IMG/VR virus record: IMGVR_UViG_2721755758_000001
Location: 1-64,000 of that record
DNA: 64,000 bases
Direction: 5' to 3' (one strand)
Source of the DNA: a virus
Lineage: Duplodnaviria; Caudoviricetes
Shown here: positions 29,467 through 39,754 of the stretch, one piece after another
Layout of the letters: the number at the start of each line of letters is the position of its first letter
How positions within the stretch are numbered: the first letter of the stretch is position 1
Program-made: the position numbers and the translations under genes
Notes under the pieces: model-generated
Seen by the model: the letters and a program-made list of their open reading frames with translations, nothing else
Database searches by the model: none
Told to the model about the DNA's origin: nothing

Positions 29467-30012
29467 ATGAGAGATAATACAATAGATGATAAAACATTTA
29501 AAAAAGTTGAGGGAATACTTTATAGATACTATAAGAAGAAAAAAGAATTAGAAAACATTCGCTATAGAATAAAGATTTTAAATGAAGAAATAGAAAATAT
29601 AGATAAAAGATTAAGAGATACAGATGTAACGGTTATAGATTATTATAAATCATCAGAAATAAGCGAAAGAGTTCAGACAAGCACATCTAATTGCGGATAT
29701 GGAGAACAACAATTAATAAAAGAAATAGAGAAGCTAGAAAATATAAAAATAGAAATGAGGAGAAAAATAGCAAAACTTATTGGCAAAGAAGTAGAAATAA
29801 ATATTTTTATAAGACCAATTGAACGAAATATTGAAGACTTAGGGGATAAAGAAAAGAAATTTCTTGAACTCAAATATGGAAAGTGTTTGCCAATACTAGA
29901 AATATATAGACAAACATGTGATCAATTTAATTTAGAACAGGCTTCTTATTATAATTCATTAAGAAATAAGATTGTTGAAAATATTGCACATTGGATGAAT
30001 TTAATAAAATAG
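29467..30012 (+). CDS. ArpU/RinA-type late transcriptional activator
   Basis: FKKVEGILYRY, ERVQTS, FLELKY, RNKIVENIA. Confidence 0.72.
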   Translation: MRDNTIDDKTFKKVEGILYRYYKKKKELENIRYRIKILNEEIENIDKRLRDTDVTVIDYYKSSEISERVQTSTSNCGYGEQQLIKEIEKLENIKIEMRRKIAKLIGKEVEINIFIRPIERNIEDLGDKEKKFLELKYGKCLPILEIYRQTCDQFNLEQASYYNSLRNKIVENIAHWMNLIK

Positions 30013-30031
30013 CATTTTATTTTATCTGCTA

Positions 30032-30048
30032 GTTGTGTGTGACAAAAC
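30032..30048. promoter_or_regulatory. Operator copy, one mismatch
   Basis: GTTGTGTGTGACAAAAC. Confidence 0.7.
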
Positions 30049-30070
30049 TAAGCGTTAAAGAATATAAGAA

Positions 30071-30107
30071 TTTGAGTTGTTGCACAAAACGCAACAACTC
30101 AAAAAAA
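30071..30107 (-). terminator. 13-bp hairpin with a U-tract on the minus strand
   Basis: TTTGAGTTGTTGC-ACAAAAC-GCAACAACTCAAA. Confidence 0.6.
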
Positions 30108-30122
30108 GGGGAGGAGAAAAAT

Positions 30123-30380
30123 ATGAATAAATTTATGGAGCAAAGAATTTACGACACAGCCGAATATATATTAAAAACTAAATGTACTGTAAGAGAAGCA
30201 GCCAAAGGGGTAAATAGTAGTAAATCTACAGTTTACAAAGATATGTCGGAGAGATTAGTTCAACTAGATCCAAAACTTGCAGGCGAAATAAGAGATATTA
30301 TTTTAGAAAATAAAGTAATGAGAGCAGAACGTGGAGGAGAAGCAACTAAAAAGAAATGGGAGGACTGTAGAAATGATTAA
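30123..30380 (+). CDS. spoIIID: SpoIIID-family sporulation regulator homologue
   Basis: AEYI...TVREAAK...SKSTVYKDMSERL...ENK..RAERGGEATKKK; RBS GGAGG. Confidence 0.9.
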   Translation: MNKFMEQRIYDTAEYILKTKCTVREAAKGVNSSKSTVYKDMSERLVQLDPKLAGEIRDIILENKVMRAERGGEATKKKWEDCRND

Positions 30381-30723
30381 ATTTTATATTATTACATGCA
30401 TAGTTAATTCTATATTAACCACAATACTTGGAATAATTAAGTCTATAAAACAAATTATAAATCCTAAAACAGAGGAAGAATTAAGTAAAGAGAAAGCTAA
30501 TTTTATAAAGAAAATAGATACACCAATAAATAATATGTACATTCCTGAACTTGTAACTTTTGCTAAAAAAATTGCAGACATAAAATATAGAAGTCCACTA
30601 TTAGAAATAGCAATAAAGTATTTGATAGACATAATTCCAATAATTCATTTAGTTGGATTTGTAACTCATATAGAGGTTATTTTTGAGTTAATTACAGGGA
30701 GGTATAAAGATGACATCAGATAG
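30373..30723 (+). CDS. Small membrane protein
   Basis: RBS GGAGG; hydrophobic segments; layout like 25846-26133. Confidence 0.6.
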   Translation: MIKFYIITCIVNSILTTILGIIKSIKQIINPKTEEELSKEKANFIKKIDTPINNMYIPELVTFAKKIADIKYRSPLLEIAIKYLIDIIPIIHLVGFVTHIEVIFELITGRYKDDIR

Positions 30724-33264
30724 ATATTTTTGCCCTATAAAAAATAAAGAATGTGACCAACCTTGGATTTGTAAATATACAGTTCATAGATTTAAGCATG
30801 TAGCATGTGAACGTAATAAAATACAAGATAAGGCAGTTCATATCAAAGAATTAAAGAAGAGGAAAGAAGTATCAATAGATTATGACTATAAAGATCCGGA
30901 ACAGATAAAAAATTACTATAATTCATTAAGAGAGGGGAATAGAAATGAATAAAGTGAAAGAATTAAATATTATTGAAGCTATAGAAATGCCGATTGGTAC
31001 AGAATTTGAAGTTTATAGATATAAAAGGGATAGAGGTTTTGATAAATGCAAGATGATTACAAATGTTTATCTAAATGAAAATAAAGATATTTGTTGGTGT
31101 GGAACTAATGAGGAAATGCCTTTTATGGTCAATAGTACGATTAAAGCCAAATTCATACCAATTCAAAAACCTATAAGTTTTCAAGAAGCTTATTACCAAA
31201 ATAAATTATTAATTTTAGAGTTAGATGAAGAAATAAAAGAATACTTGGCTGAAAGCCTTGATGATAAATATAGAACTATGGAAGATATAGTGGGCATATT
31301 AAGAAAAACTCTTAGTAATAGAACACTAATAAAAGTATTATTTGAAGGTAAATTCTATGCAGAAGCTTAAGAAGGTGAAGAGCAAATGAAAGAAAATGAT
31401 TATGGAATGTGTAGGTGTGGAAAAAGGATTTATGAAGGCGATAAAGTGTTTTGGGCAAGCAGATATAAAAGCCAAACCTGTTTCCCAACCTGTAGCAAGG
31501 AATGTTTTGAAAAGGCTAAGGAAAATCAAATAAAAATTTTAAAAGAGAAGCTTAAAGAGATAGAAAATCAGACTTGTGAAGAAGATATTTATTAATTCAC
31601 AATACTTATATGCAGAAAATGTGTAGCAATAGAGGTGATTAAAATAGGACTAGAAAAACTAAATGGAATTCAAATAACAAATGATGTTAAAGACAATAGA
31701 TATATAGTTTTGTCCCAAGCAGATGATTATATGAGAAATTGTGTTGTTTTAAAAGTATTTGATATTAAAGAACAAGTTTATAAAACTATTGATATGCCTT
31801 TGAAATACTTAAAATAAATTAATCACGCAATACTTAAATTTCAGAAAGGGTGAAGAAAAATGAATTTATTAAAAATAGGTAAAAAAATAGGAGAATTAGA
31901 AGGGATAATTTCTAAAATAGATTGTGGTACATTAGTTACTAAGAAAAATCAAACTAATGAAAATGTAAAATATAGAGCATTAAAATTATTAAAAGAATTG
32001 CAAAAAGAGTTTGAGAGTTAATTCGCAATACTTATAAAGCGAGAAGAAAGGTTAATGAAAATGAGAAGGAAACACATATGTAATCTAACGTGCAATATTT
32101 GTGGAAAAGAATTAACCACTGGATGGCGTAGAACAAAAATAGGCAGATGGTTTGAGAAAAAGATTATTATTAGAGAACATTATCATACTAAAGCAGAAGT
32201 TTCAGTATTTAATATGTTTGGTATTTATATGCCTACTACTAAAAGAAATACAAAAAACGGATAGCAGAAGAAAAGAAGATATTAAGATGTAGAAGGGATA
32301 AGCAGATATGAAAAAATCATGTAATTGTCCTTACAAAAAGAGTTGCCATTCAATAAGGCAAGAATTACAGGTTGAATTAAGAGAAAAGAATAAATATACC
32401 ATTGAAGAATGTGTTTTTTACAAAGAGTTGAAGGAGATTTATAAAAATATGAATAAAAAAAGAACAGTAGAATCACCGGCTATATACAAACATTTTAAGC
32501 ATACAGAAGACGGAATATTAAATAATTATATGTATTGCACTATAGGAATAAGTAAATCAATAACTGAAGAAGAAATATTAAATAATGAATGTGTATTTCT
32601 ATATGACATATATCATACAGAAATGAAAGAGAATATTCATTTATTTTTAGCAGATGGTGTATTAAGACATGAATCAGAAGAGTATGAGGAACTAGTTATA
32701 TATAAAAGTCTTTATGATAATCATATAGCTTATGCAAGACCTTTAGAAATGTTCTTATCAGAGGTAGATCATGAAAAATATCCTGATATAAAACAAAAAT
32801 ATAGATTTGAGATTGTGAGGTATTAACTATGAGACTATTTAAAGTTGATTTATGGGTGAAAGATACTACATTTAAGACATATTTAGTAGTAGCAGAATCT
32901 GAAAAAATAGCAATGAGAAAAGCAATTTCAAGATGTGCAGAAGAATATTTAATAGGTGCCACAGTAAAGCCTATAGACGAAATAGAGGGATATAAAATAA
33001 AGGTGGAATAGATAAATGAGTAAATTAGATATAAGAATCAGTTATAAAGATGCATGTATATTAAAGCATGCGCTTAGAGATATAATAAGAATTAAAGAAA
33101 ATATGGATAAGTTTAAGATAGAAATATCAGAAAAAGAACTTGAAGAAGAAAAAAGAACACTAGAAAGATTTACAGAGCAGATAGAGGAGTGTGGATTTAA
33201 GCATAATAGAAATATGTTTAAGAGAGGATTAGAAACGAAATATATAAGTGAGAGAATTAAATAA
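30710..33264 (+). other. Run of small hypothetical genes: 30710-30952, 30945-31370, 31386-31595, 31635-31817, 31860-32021, 32055-32264, 32308-32826, 32829-33011, 33016-33264
   Basis: Co-oriented short ORFs with RBSs, several Cys-rich. Confidence 0.65.
32308..32826 (+). CDS. DUF1653-family protein
   Basis: YKHFK...LVIYKSLY...[25 protein letters not shown]. Confidence 0.8.
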   Translation: MKKSCNCPYKKSCHSIRQELQVELREKNKYTIEECVFYKELKEIYKNMNKKRTVESPAIYKHFKHTEDGILNNYMYCTIGISKSITEEEILNNECVFLYDIYHTEMKENIHLFLADGVLRHESEEYEELVIYKSLYDNHIAYARPLEMFLSEVDHEKYPDIKQKYRFEIVRY

Positions 33265-33265
33265 T

Positions 33266-33316
33266 AAAAATCTTATAAAAACCTTGTAAAATAAACATAT
33301 ACAAAAGAGGTATAAT
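33266..33316 (+). promoter_or_regulatory. Candidate activator-dependent late promoter
   Basis: Tandem AAAAnCTTRTA repeats, then TATAAT 22 bp downstream; no good -35 at 17 bp. Confidence 0.55.
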
Positions 33317-33449
33317 TAACTTGTTCATAGATTAATTTTAATAGATATTCAAGAAAAAATATACAATAAAGGAAGGTGAAAACCTCCATGGCACGACATA
33401 TGTATATTAATATACTATTGGAATTAATAACCTCCATTTAATAATTGCT

Positions 33450-33481
33450 AAGGACTTAGAATAATTTCTCTAAGTCCTTTT
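33450..33481 (+). terminator. Intrinsic terminator
   Basis: aaggacttaga-N8-tctaagtcctt followed by T-tract. Confidence 0.75.
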
Positions 33482-33673
33482 ATAAAGGATGTGTTTAGAT
33501 GTATTTTAAAGATTTAATAAGTAAAATCAGTATAGATTCAACTAATCAAAAAAATAGGAAAATTCAAGAAAGATTTATTCAGAGAATGAGAGAAAACAAA
33601 AAGGAAACAAAGTAAGTAAAGAGTTTGTAAAAGAACTCTTTTTTTTAATGCCAAAATAAAGGAGTGATGACTT

Positions 33674-33868
33674 ATGAATGGATTCTATACAATATATAAA
33701 TGCAAATCATGTAAAAGAGAAATGATCATTGAAACAGAGGAAGTAGATAAGTTAGTAAAGAATGGACATTATCTATCATGCCCTTTTTGCAAGAATAAAA
33801 ATTTAAAGCAGATAGATAAGTATGACAGTATGGTAGAATGCTATATAAATTCAGATAAAAGGAGATAG
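33674..33868 (+). CDS. Small zinc-ribbon protein
   Basis: CKSC...CPFC; RBS AGGAG. Confidence 0.7.
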   Translation: MNGFYTIYKCKSCKREMIIETEEVDKLVKNGHYLSCPFCKNKNLKQIDKYDSMVECYINSDKRR

Positions 33869-34005
33869 AGCATGAATTACAAAAAAGTATTAGAACATAT
33901 AATTAGAACTTATTCTAAGGAAAATAGAGAATTAACAAAAGATATAGTAACAAGATATATAGGATATAGAAATTATTAAACAATCACAGGAAGGAGAGTG
34001 ATTGA

Positions 34006-34992
34006 ATGGCACGTGAGAGAAGTCCATTGAGAGATAAAGCTAAGGAATTATATATTAATTCTAAAGGAACTATGAAATTAGTGGATATAGCAGAACAATT
34101 AAATTTAAAAGATAATCAGATAAGAAAGTGGAAATCACAGGATAAATGGGATAGTGAATTAAAGGGAACGCCAAAAGGAACGTTACCAAAGAAAAAGGTA
34201 CAAAGTAAAAGTAACGTTACTAATCAAAAGGTAACTAAAAAAGATAATAAAGGAATTAATAAAGAGCCTATTGCAGATGAAGTTAAAAGTCTGATGAAAG
34301 ATGAGGAACTTAGCGAAAAACATAGGCTTTTTTGTGTTATATATTCTAAGTGTATGAATGCAACTAAAGCATATCAAAGAGTATATCATTGTGCATATTG
34401 GACAGCAGCAGTAAATGGAAATGCACTACTTAAAAATACTAAAATAAAAAATGCAATCAACATGATGGTAGAATCAGATTTAAATAAGGAATTCTTAAAG
34501 CCAGGGTTGATACAGAGGTATAAAGATATTGCATTCTCTGATATAGGGGATTACTTAGAATTTGGAATTAAGCAAGTACCACAGTGGGAAAAGAAAGATG
34601 GAATGGATGTTGCAGTAGTTGACCCTAACACTGGGGAACAAAAGATTAATGAATATAGCTATGTTAAATTAAAAAATAGTGTAGGGCTAGACACAAGCAT
34701 AATATCAGAAGTTTCGGAAGGTAAGGATGGTATTAAATTTAAACTAGCAGATAAGATGAAAGCGATGGATGTATTGGCTAAGCTAAGTAATCTATTATCT
34801 GATGAAGAAAAAACTAAGCTGGATATTGAATATAAGAAGATTCAGGCATTAAAACTTCAAGCCGATATTATTAAGACTAAAGCCGAAACAACAAGAATAA
34901 CAGGGGATAGAAATAAAGATGATATTGAAGATGATGGATTCTTAGAAGCATTAAATGGAAGTGCAGCAGAGGATTGGAACAATGAAGATTAA
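34006..34992 (+). CDS. terS: Terminase small subunit
   Basis: N-terminal HTH (IRKWKSQDKW), LFC..Y..NATKAY, KLADKMKA. Confidence 0.9.
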   Translation: MARERSPLRDKAKELYINSKGTMKLVDIAEQLNLKDNQIRKWKSQDKWDSELKGTPKGTLPKKKVQSKSNVTNQKVTKKDNKGINKEPIADEVKSLMKDEELSEKHRLFCVIYSKCMNATKAYQRVYHCAYWTAAVNGNALLKNTKIKNAINMMVESDLNKEFLKPGLIQRYKDIAFSDIGDYLEFGIKQVPQWEKKDGMDVAVVDPNTGEQKINEYSYVKLKNSVGLDTSIISEVSEGKDGIKFKLADKMKAMDVLAKLSNLLSDEEKTKLDIEYKKIQALKLQADIIKTKAETTRITGDRNKDDIEDDGFLEALNGSAAEDWNNED

Positions 34993-36256
34993 AGGATTTA
35001 AATTTAAACCTTTTTCTAAAAAACAAAGAATGGTACTTAATTGGTGGTGTGATAGTAGTCCTGTTAAAGAAAGCAATGGAATTATAGCAGATGGAGCAAT
35101 AAGAAGTGGAAAGACAGTATGTATGAGCCTATCTTTTATTATGTGGGCCATGTATAAATTTGACGGACAAAACTTTGCCATGTGTGGGAAAACAGTACAA
35201 AGTTTTAGACGTAATGTATGGTTTTGGCTTAAATTAATGCTTATAAGTAGAGGATATAAATATAAAGAGCATAAAATAGAAAATTATATAGAAATATCAA
35301 AAGGAAATAAAATTAATTATTTCTATATATTTGGAGGAAAAGATGAAGCATCTCAAGACCTTATACAAGGTATAACTTTAGCTGGATTATTTTGTGATGA
35401 AGTTGCATTAATGCCAGAAAGCTTCGTTAATCAAGCAACAGGTAGATGCTCTGTCGATGGAAGTACATGGTGGTTTAATTGTAATCCGGATGGACCTATG
35501 CATTGGTTTAATCAGAACTGGGTATTGAAGTCTAAAGAAAAGGGCCTATTATATCTACATTTCACTATGGATGATAATTTAAGTCTAGCAGAAAAAATAA
35601 AGCAACGTTACAGAAATAGTTATGTAGGAGTGTTTTTTAAAAGATACATTCTTGGACTTTGGAGTGTAGCACAAGGTGCTATATTTGATATGTGGACAGA
35701 AGAAAATGAAATATCAGAAGAAGAATTGCCGGAGAATATAAGGCAATATGGAAGAAGATATATATCTATTGACTATGGTACTACTAATCCTACGGTTTTT
35801 ATTGATATATATGATGATTTAGATACTATATGGATAGCGAATGAATATTACTGGAACTCTAAAGAAAAAATGAAACAAAAAACAGACAAAGAATATGCAG
35901 ATGATTTAGAAAAATTTATTTCTGATGGCAAAAAGCCTATATTTGTAATTTTAGATCCTAGCGCAGCTAGTTTTAAAGCTGAATTAAGGAGTAGAGGAAT
36001 AAGAGTAAAGGATGCAGACAATGAAGTTAATGATGGAATAAGAATGACATCTACAATGATAGGACAGAAAAAAATAAAAATGGTTATAGCAAACTGTAAA
36101 AGAGGTTTAAGTGATATCTTATCATATGTATGGGATGAAAAAGCTGCTGAAAGAGGAGAAGAAAAACCTATAAAAGAAAATGACCATTTTTGTGATGCTC
36201 TACGTTATTTTATAAAAACCACAATCAATCCTAGAAGGTTAGGTAGATATAAATAA
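34982..36256 (+). CDS. terL: Terminase large subunit, PBSX family
   Basis: DGAIRSGKT, DEVALMP, NCNP, IDYGTTNP, DHFCDALRY. Confidence 0.95.
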   Translation: MKIKGFKFKPFSKKQRMVLNWWCDSSPVKESNGIIADGAIRSGKTVCMSLSFIMWAMYKFDGQNFAMCGKTVQSFRRNVWFWLKLMLISRGYKYKEHKIENYIEISKGNKINYFYIFGGKDEASQDLIQGITLAGLFCDEVALMPESFVNQATGRCSVDGSTWWFNCNPDGPMHWFNQNWVLKSKEKGLLYLHFTMDDNLSLAEKIKQRYRNSYVGVFFKRYILGLWSVAQGAIFDMWTEENEISEEELPENIRQYGRRYISIDYGTTNPTVFIDIYDDLDTIWIANEYYWNSKEKMKQKTDKEYADDLEKFISDGKKPIFVILDPSAASFKAELRSRGIRVKDADNEVNDGIRMTSTMIGQKKIKMVIANCKRGLSDILSYVWDEKAAERGEEKPIKENDHFCDALRYFIKTTINPRRLGRYK

Positions 36257-36354
36257 TTGTTTATAAATACTAAATATTTAAGCTATTAATTTTAAAAAAT
36301 TACGAGTCTATATTATATAATACTAAACACTAAATAAAAAAGGAGGATAAAAAG

Positions 36355-37977
36355 GTGGGAAGAAAAAAGAAAAAAAGAAGATATATATCAAAGGATAATC
36401 AATCAAATAATAAAAGTAATTACGCTAAACGTGAATTTAGCGAAAAGAGACATAATGAACCATATAAAATGACTGTTATGGACACATTTCAAAATCTTCT
36501 TGCAAGGCTTGGAGACAGTGCTCCCAACTTATTAAATGGAACTGACTATACAATGGATAGGTTAACTCAAAATTATCAGCTAATGAATAATCTATATAGA
36601 AATCATTGGATAGTAAGAAAAGTTATAGATTCTATTCCTGAAGATATGATGAAAAATTGGATAGATATTCAATCTTCATTGACACCGGAACAGATGAAGC
36701 AACTTGATGAACTTGAAAGAAAAACTAAACTAAAAGAAAAAATTAAAGAAGCTTTAAAGTGGGGAAGACTTTATGGTGGAGCAGCGGCAGTAATGGTAAT
36801 TCAAGGACATGAAAATATATTAGATGAACCTCTAGATTATAATACAATTATGCCAGGTGCTTTCAAAGGATTAATTGTATGCGATAGATGGATGGGAATA
36901 CAATCTTCTACAGAGATAATAGAAGATGTAAGTTCTCCTGATTTTGGAATGCCTTTGTACTATGAATGGGATTGCGGTAATAATGGTGCAACTGTAAAAG
37001 TACATCATTCAAGAGTTTTAAGATTTGCCGGCAGAGACCTTCCTTTCATAGAAAAACAAGTAGAAATGGGATGGGGAGAATCAGAAGTAGAAGTAATCTA
37101 TGAAGAACTTAAAAAAAGAGACAATGCTAGTTATAATATAGCAAACTTATTATTTATGGCAAATTTAAAAGTTCTTAAGATGCAAGGAATGGAAGAAATA
37201 CTTTCTACTGGAGATACAGACTTACAACAAGACTTATATAATACAGTAGAAGGACAGAATAGGTTAATGAATTCTAACTCTATGATGGTATTAGGAAAAG
37301 ATGATGACTTTGCTACACATCAATACACATTTAGTGGAATAAATGAGGTGTATCAATCTTTTATGTTAGATGTAGCAGGAGCAGCAGAAACACCCGTAAC
37401 TAAATTGTTCGGAAGAAGTCCAGCCGGATTAAGTGCAACAGGGGAATCAGACCTGCAAAATTATTATGACATGATTGGACAAAAACAAGTATCACAACTT
37501 CAGCCAGTAATAGATAAATTATTGCCTGTTATGGTTATGAGTGAGTTTGCATACATACCAAATGATTTAAGTTACGAGTTTAATCCAATTGCAGAACAGA
37601 CAGAAGAGGAATTGGCTTCAATAGTAGATAAGAAAGTAAATGCTATTAATACTGTATATCAAGGGGGATTGATTACTCAAAAAGTAGCGATAAAAGAACT
37701 TAAAGAAATGGCAGATACAACAGGAATGTTTACTAATATATCAGATGAAGATATTGCTAATGCAAGTACAGAATATGACCAAGGAGAATTTGGAGATTCC
37801 CCAAATGAAGATTCATTATTTAATGGTGGAGGATTAGACAATGTGGATGCTGAACAGACTGATAGAGAAAAGATACCAAAGGGCAATAATGAAAGCAGTG
37901 AAAAAGCTACACAACAACCTACAGCACTTGAACTCTTTAACAGATATTTTAAGCGCAATAAGAAAGTTTGCGCATAG
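36355..37977 (+). CDS. Portal protein, DUF1073-type
   Basis: LYRNHWIVRKVID, RLYGG, TKLFGRSPAGLSATGESDLQNYYD. Confidence 0.92.
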   Translation: MGRKKKKRRYISKDNQSNNKSNYAKREFSEKRHNEPYKMTVMDTFQNLLARLGDSAPNLLNGTDYTMDRLTQNYQLMNNLYRNHWIVRKVIDSIPEDMMKNWIDIQSSLTPEQMKQLDELERKTKLKEKIKEALKWGRLYGGAAAVMVIQGHENILDEPLDYNTIMPGAFKGLIVCDRWMGIQSSTEIIEDVSSPDFGMPLYYEWDCGNNGATVKVHHSRVLRFAGRDLPFIEKQVEMGWGESEVEVIYEELKKRDNASYNIANLLFMANLKVLKMQGMEEILSTGDTDLQQDLYNTVEGQNRLMNSNSMMVLGKDDDFATHQYTFSGINEVYQSFMLDVAGAAETPVTKLFGRSPAGLSATGESDLQNYYDMIGQKQVSQLQPVIDKLLPVMVMSEFAYIPNDLSYEFNPIAEQTEEELASIVDKKVNAINTVYQGGLITQKVAIKELKEMADTTGMFTNISDEDIANASTEYDQGEFGDSPNEDSLFNGGGLDNVDAEQTDREKIPKGNNESSEKATQQPTALELFNRYFKRNKKVCA

Positions 37978-38662
37978 TAAAGAATTTAATGATTATGCTA
38001 ATAATACTGCAATAAATATGGTGAAACAAGTCTACTCTGATAACAATAAAACATGGAGAGAAGCTGCTGCTAAAAGTGGAAGAGGAAAAGAAATAAGAGA
38101 AGTATTAAAAAGAGATATGTCCGGGAATATAGGAATGACAGTACAACAACAGATATATAACAATGCGGAATTAATAAAATCTATTCCGCAGGATATAGCA
38201 GTAAAAGTAAATGAGAAGATATTAAAAGAAACTATGGACGGAACTAGAAGCGCAGATATAGTAGATTATATTAAAAGCATGGTTCCTAATATATCTGAAA
38301 ATAAAGCTAAATTAATTGCACGTACCGAAACATCTAAAACTTCATCTGCTATTACTGAAGCTAAAGCTAAAGAGGTAGGAAGTAAAGCATATATATGGCA
38401 AGGCTCGGAAGATGAAAGAGAAAGACCTGAGCATAAGAAAATGAACAATGTAATTGTATTTTATAACAATCCTCCAAGACCTGAATTATTAGTTGGAAAG
38501 AAAAGTCCTCAACCATATCATGCAGGTTGCATTTGGAATTGTAGGTGCTATGAAGAACCAATATTGGATGCTGATGATATAACATTCCCTCATAAAGCAT
38601 ATGTAGGAGATAAAATAGTAATGATATCCAAAAAGAGATTCATTGAATTAAGTAATATGTAA
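37841..38662 (+). CDS. Minor head protein (MuF-like)
   Basis: AKLIARTETSK, YIW...DERERPEH, NCRC. Confidence 0.9.
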   Translation: MWMLNRLIEKRYQRAIMKAVKKLHNNLQHLNSLTDILSAIRKFAHSKEFNDYANNTAINMVKQVYSDNNKTWREAAAKSGRGKEIREVLKRDMSGNIGMTVQQQIYNNAELIKSIPQDIAVKVNEKILKETMDGTRSADIVDYIKSMVPNISENKAKLIARTETSKTSSAITEAKAKEVGSKAYIWQGSEDERERPEHKKMNNVIVFYNNPPRPELLVGKKSPQPYHAGCIWNCRCYEEPILDADDITFPHKAYVGDKIVMISKKRFIELSNM

Positions 38663-38688
38663 CTTTTCGAGAAATAATGATTGATTAA

Positions 38689-38717
38689 TTTACACATATA
38701 AGTATTGATGCTATACT
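38689..38717 (+). promoter_or_regulatory. SigA-type promoter of the HEPN gene
   Basis: TTTACA-N17-TATACT with TG extension. Confidence 0.7.
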
Positions 38718-38758
38718 TAATGTATTATAGAAATATTTTGTAAAAGTGGGAGGGTAAT

Positions 38759-39526
38759 ATGGATAAACAATTAAATGAAGAAATTACTTATTTAACCAAT
38801 AAATACAATGAAATAAATTACTATCCAGATCGTTTTAAAATATTTTTAGGTAGCGATAAATATTTATGTGGGGTATTATCTCCGAAAGATAAAAAATGTC
38901 CATTAAGCCAATTTACAGATTATAGCACACTATACAACACTATAGTAGATTTAGATTGGAAAATAAAATTATCATTTAACGAATCTATTAAGTATGCATA
39001 TTCAGATTTATTAAAAAATGAATTTAATCCTCTTCAATCTACTAAGGAAGAAAGCATGGCTTATTATTATATAGAGAATTCTCTATATAGAACATCTACT
39101 TTATGGGATATATTAGCACAAATATATTGCTTATTTTATAAAATTAATATTACAAGACATAAAATTTACTATAGTAAGTTATTTAATGCAAAACGTGATG
39201 AGTATTATTCAGAGTACAAGATAAAAAAAATCAAAAATTACGAAGATTTTAAAAATAAAGCAGATAATATAAATAAATATTTATGTGAAAAAAATAATAC
39301 TTCCGTTGAAGGAACATGGTTAGGAAATCATGCATATGTAAATAAATGCAGGAACCAAATGACACATAGAAATTCTCCTAATATAACATCTATAAGCGAT
39401 TATAATCTTAATTTCAAAGATCCACCTAGTTATATGTTAAAAAGAATTATAGAAGACTATGTTAAAGTGTCTAATTATATAAGTGAAATACTAAATAATA
39501 TCGAAGAAAAGTTAGATAATAACTAA
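38759..39526 (+). CDS. HEPN-domain protein (Cthe_2314-like), moron
   Basis: R-X4-H motif RNQMTH; YYIENSLYR...WDILAQ. Confidence 0.75.
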   Translation: MDKQLNEEITYLTNKYNEINYYPDRFKIFLGSDKYLCGVLSPKDKKCPLSQFTDYSTLYNTIVDLDWKIKLSFNESIKYAYSDLLKNEFNPLQSTKEESMAYYYIENSLYRTSTLWDILAQIYCLFYKINITRHKIYYSKLFNAKRDEYYSEYKIKKIKNYEDFKNKADNINKYLCEKNNTSVEGTWLGNHAYVNKCRNQMTHRNSPNITSISDYNLNFKDPPSYMLKRIIEDYVKVSNYISEILNNIEEKLDNN

Positions 39527-39647
39527 TATTTCTTTAGGATAGTATTTGTAAGAAATGTGGAACTTATATAAATAAAACTATAAAAACATTGTAAAAAGTA
39601 AATAAAAAAACAAAGAAATATACTCTATAATATAAATAGTGATTATT

Positions 39648-39677
39648 GCATCTGCTTCGGCAGGTGCTTTTATTTTT
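39648..39677 (+). terminator. Intrinsic terminator with UUCG loop
   Basis: gcatctgc-ttcg-gcaggtgc-tttt. Confidence 0.85.
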
Positions 39678-39754
39678 GCAATGAAAAGAAAATACAGGAC
39701 TAGATACCATATTTTCGACAGTTCATTTTAATTTATTATTAGAGGTGAATTAGA

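Noticed and set aside
4279-32040. Operator or boundary repeats as a CRISPR array
   Set aside because: Copies are hundreds to thousands of bp apart, separated by genes, with no cas genes
36355-37977. Anti-CBASS (Acb1) function for the DUF1073-type protein
   Set aside because: Position and motifs indicate a plain portal; no paired HxT phosphoesterase domain seen
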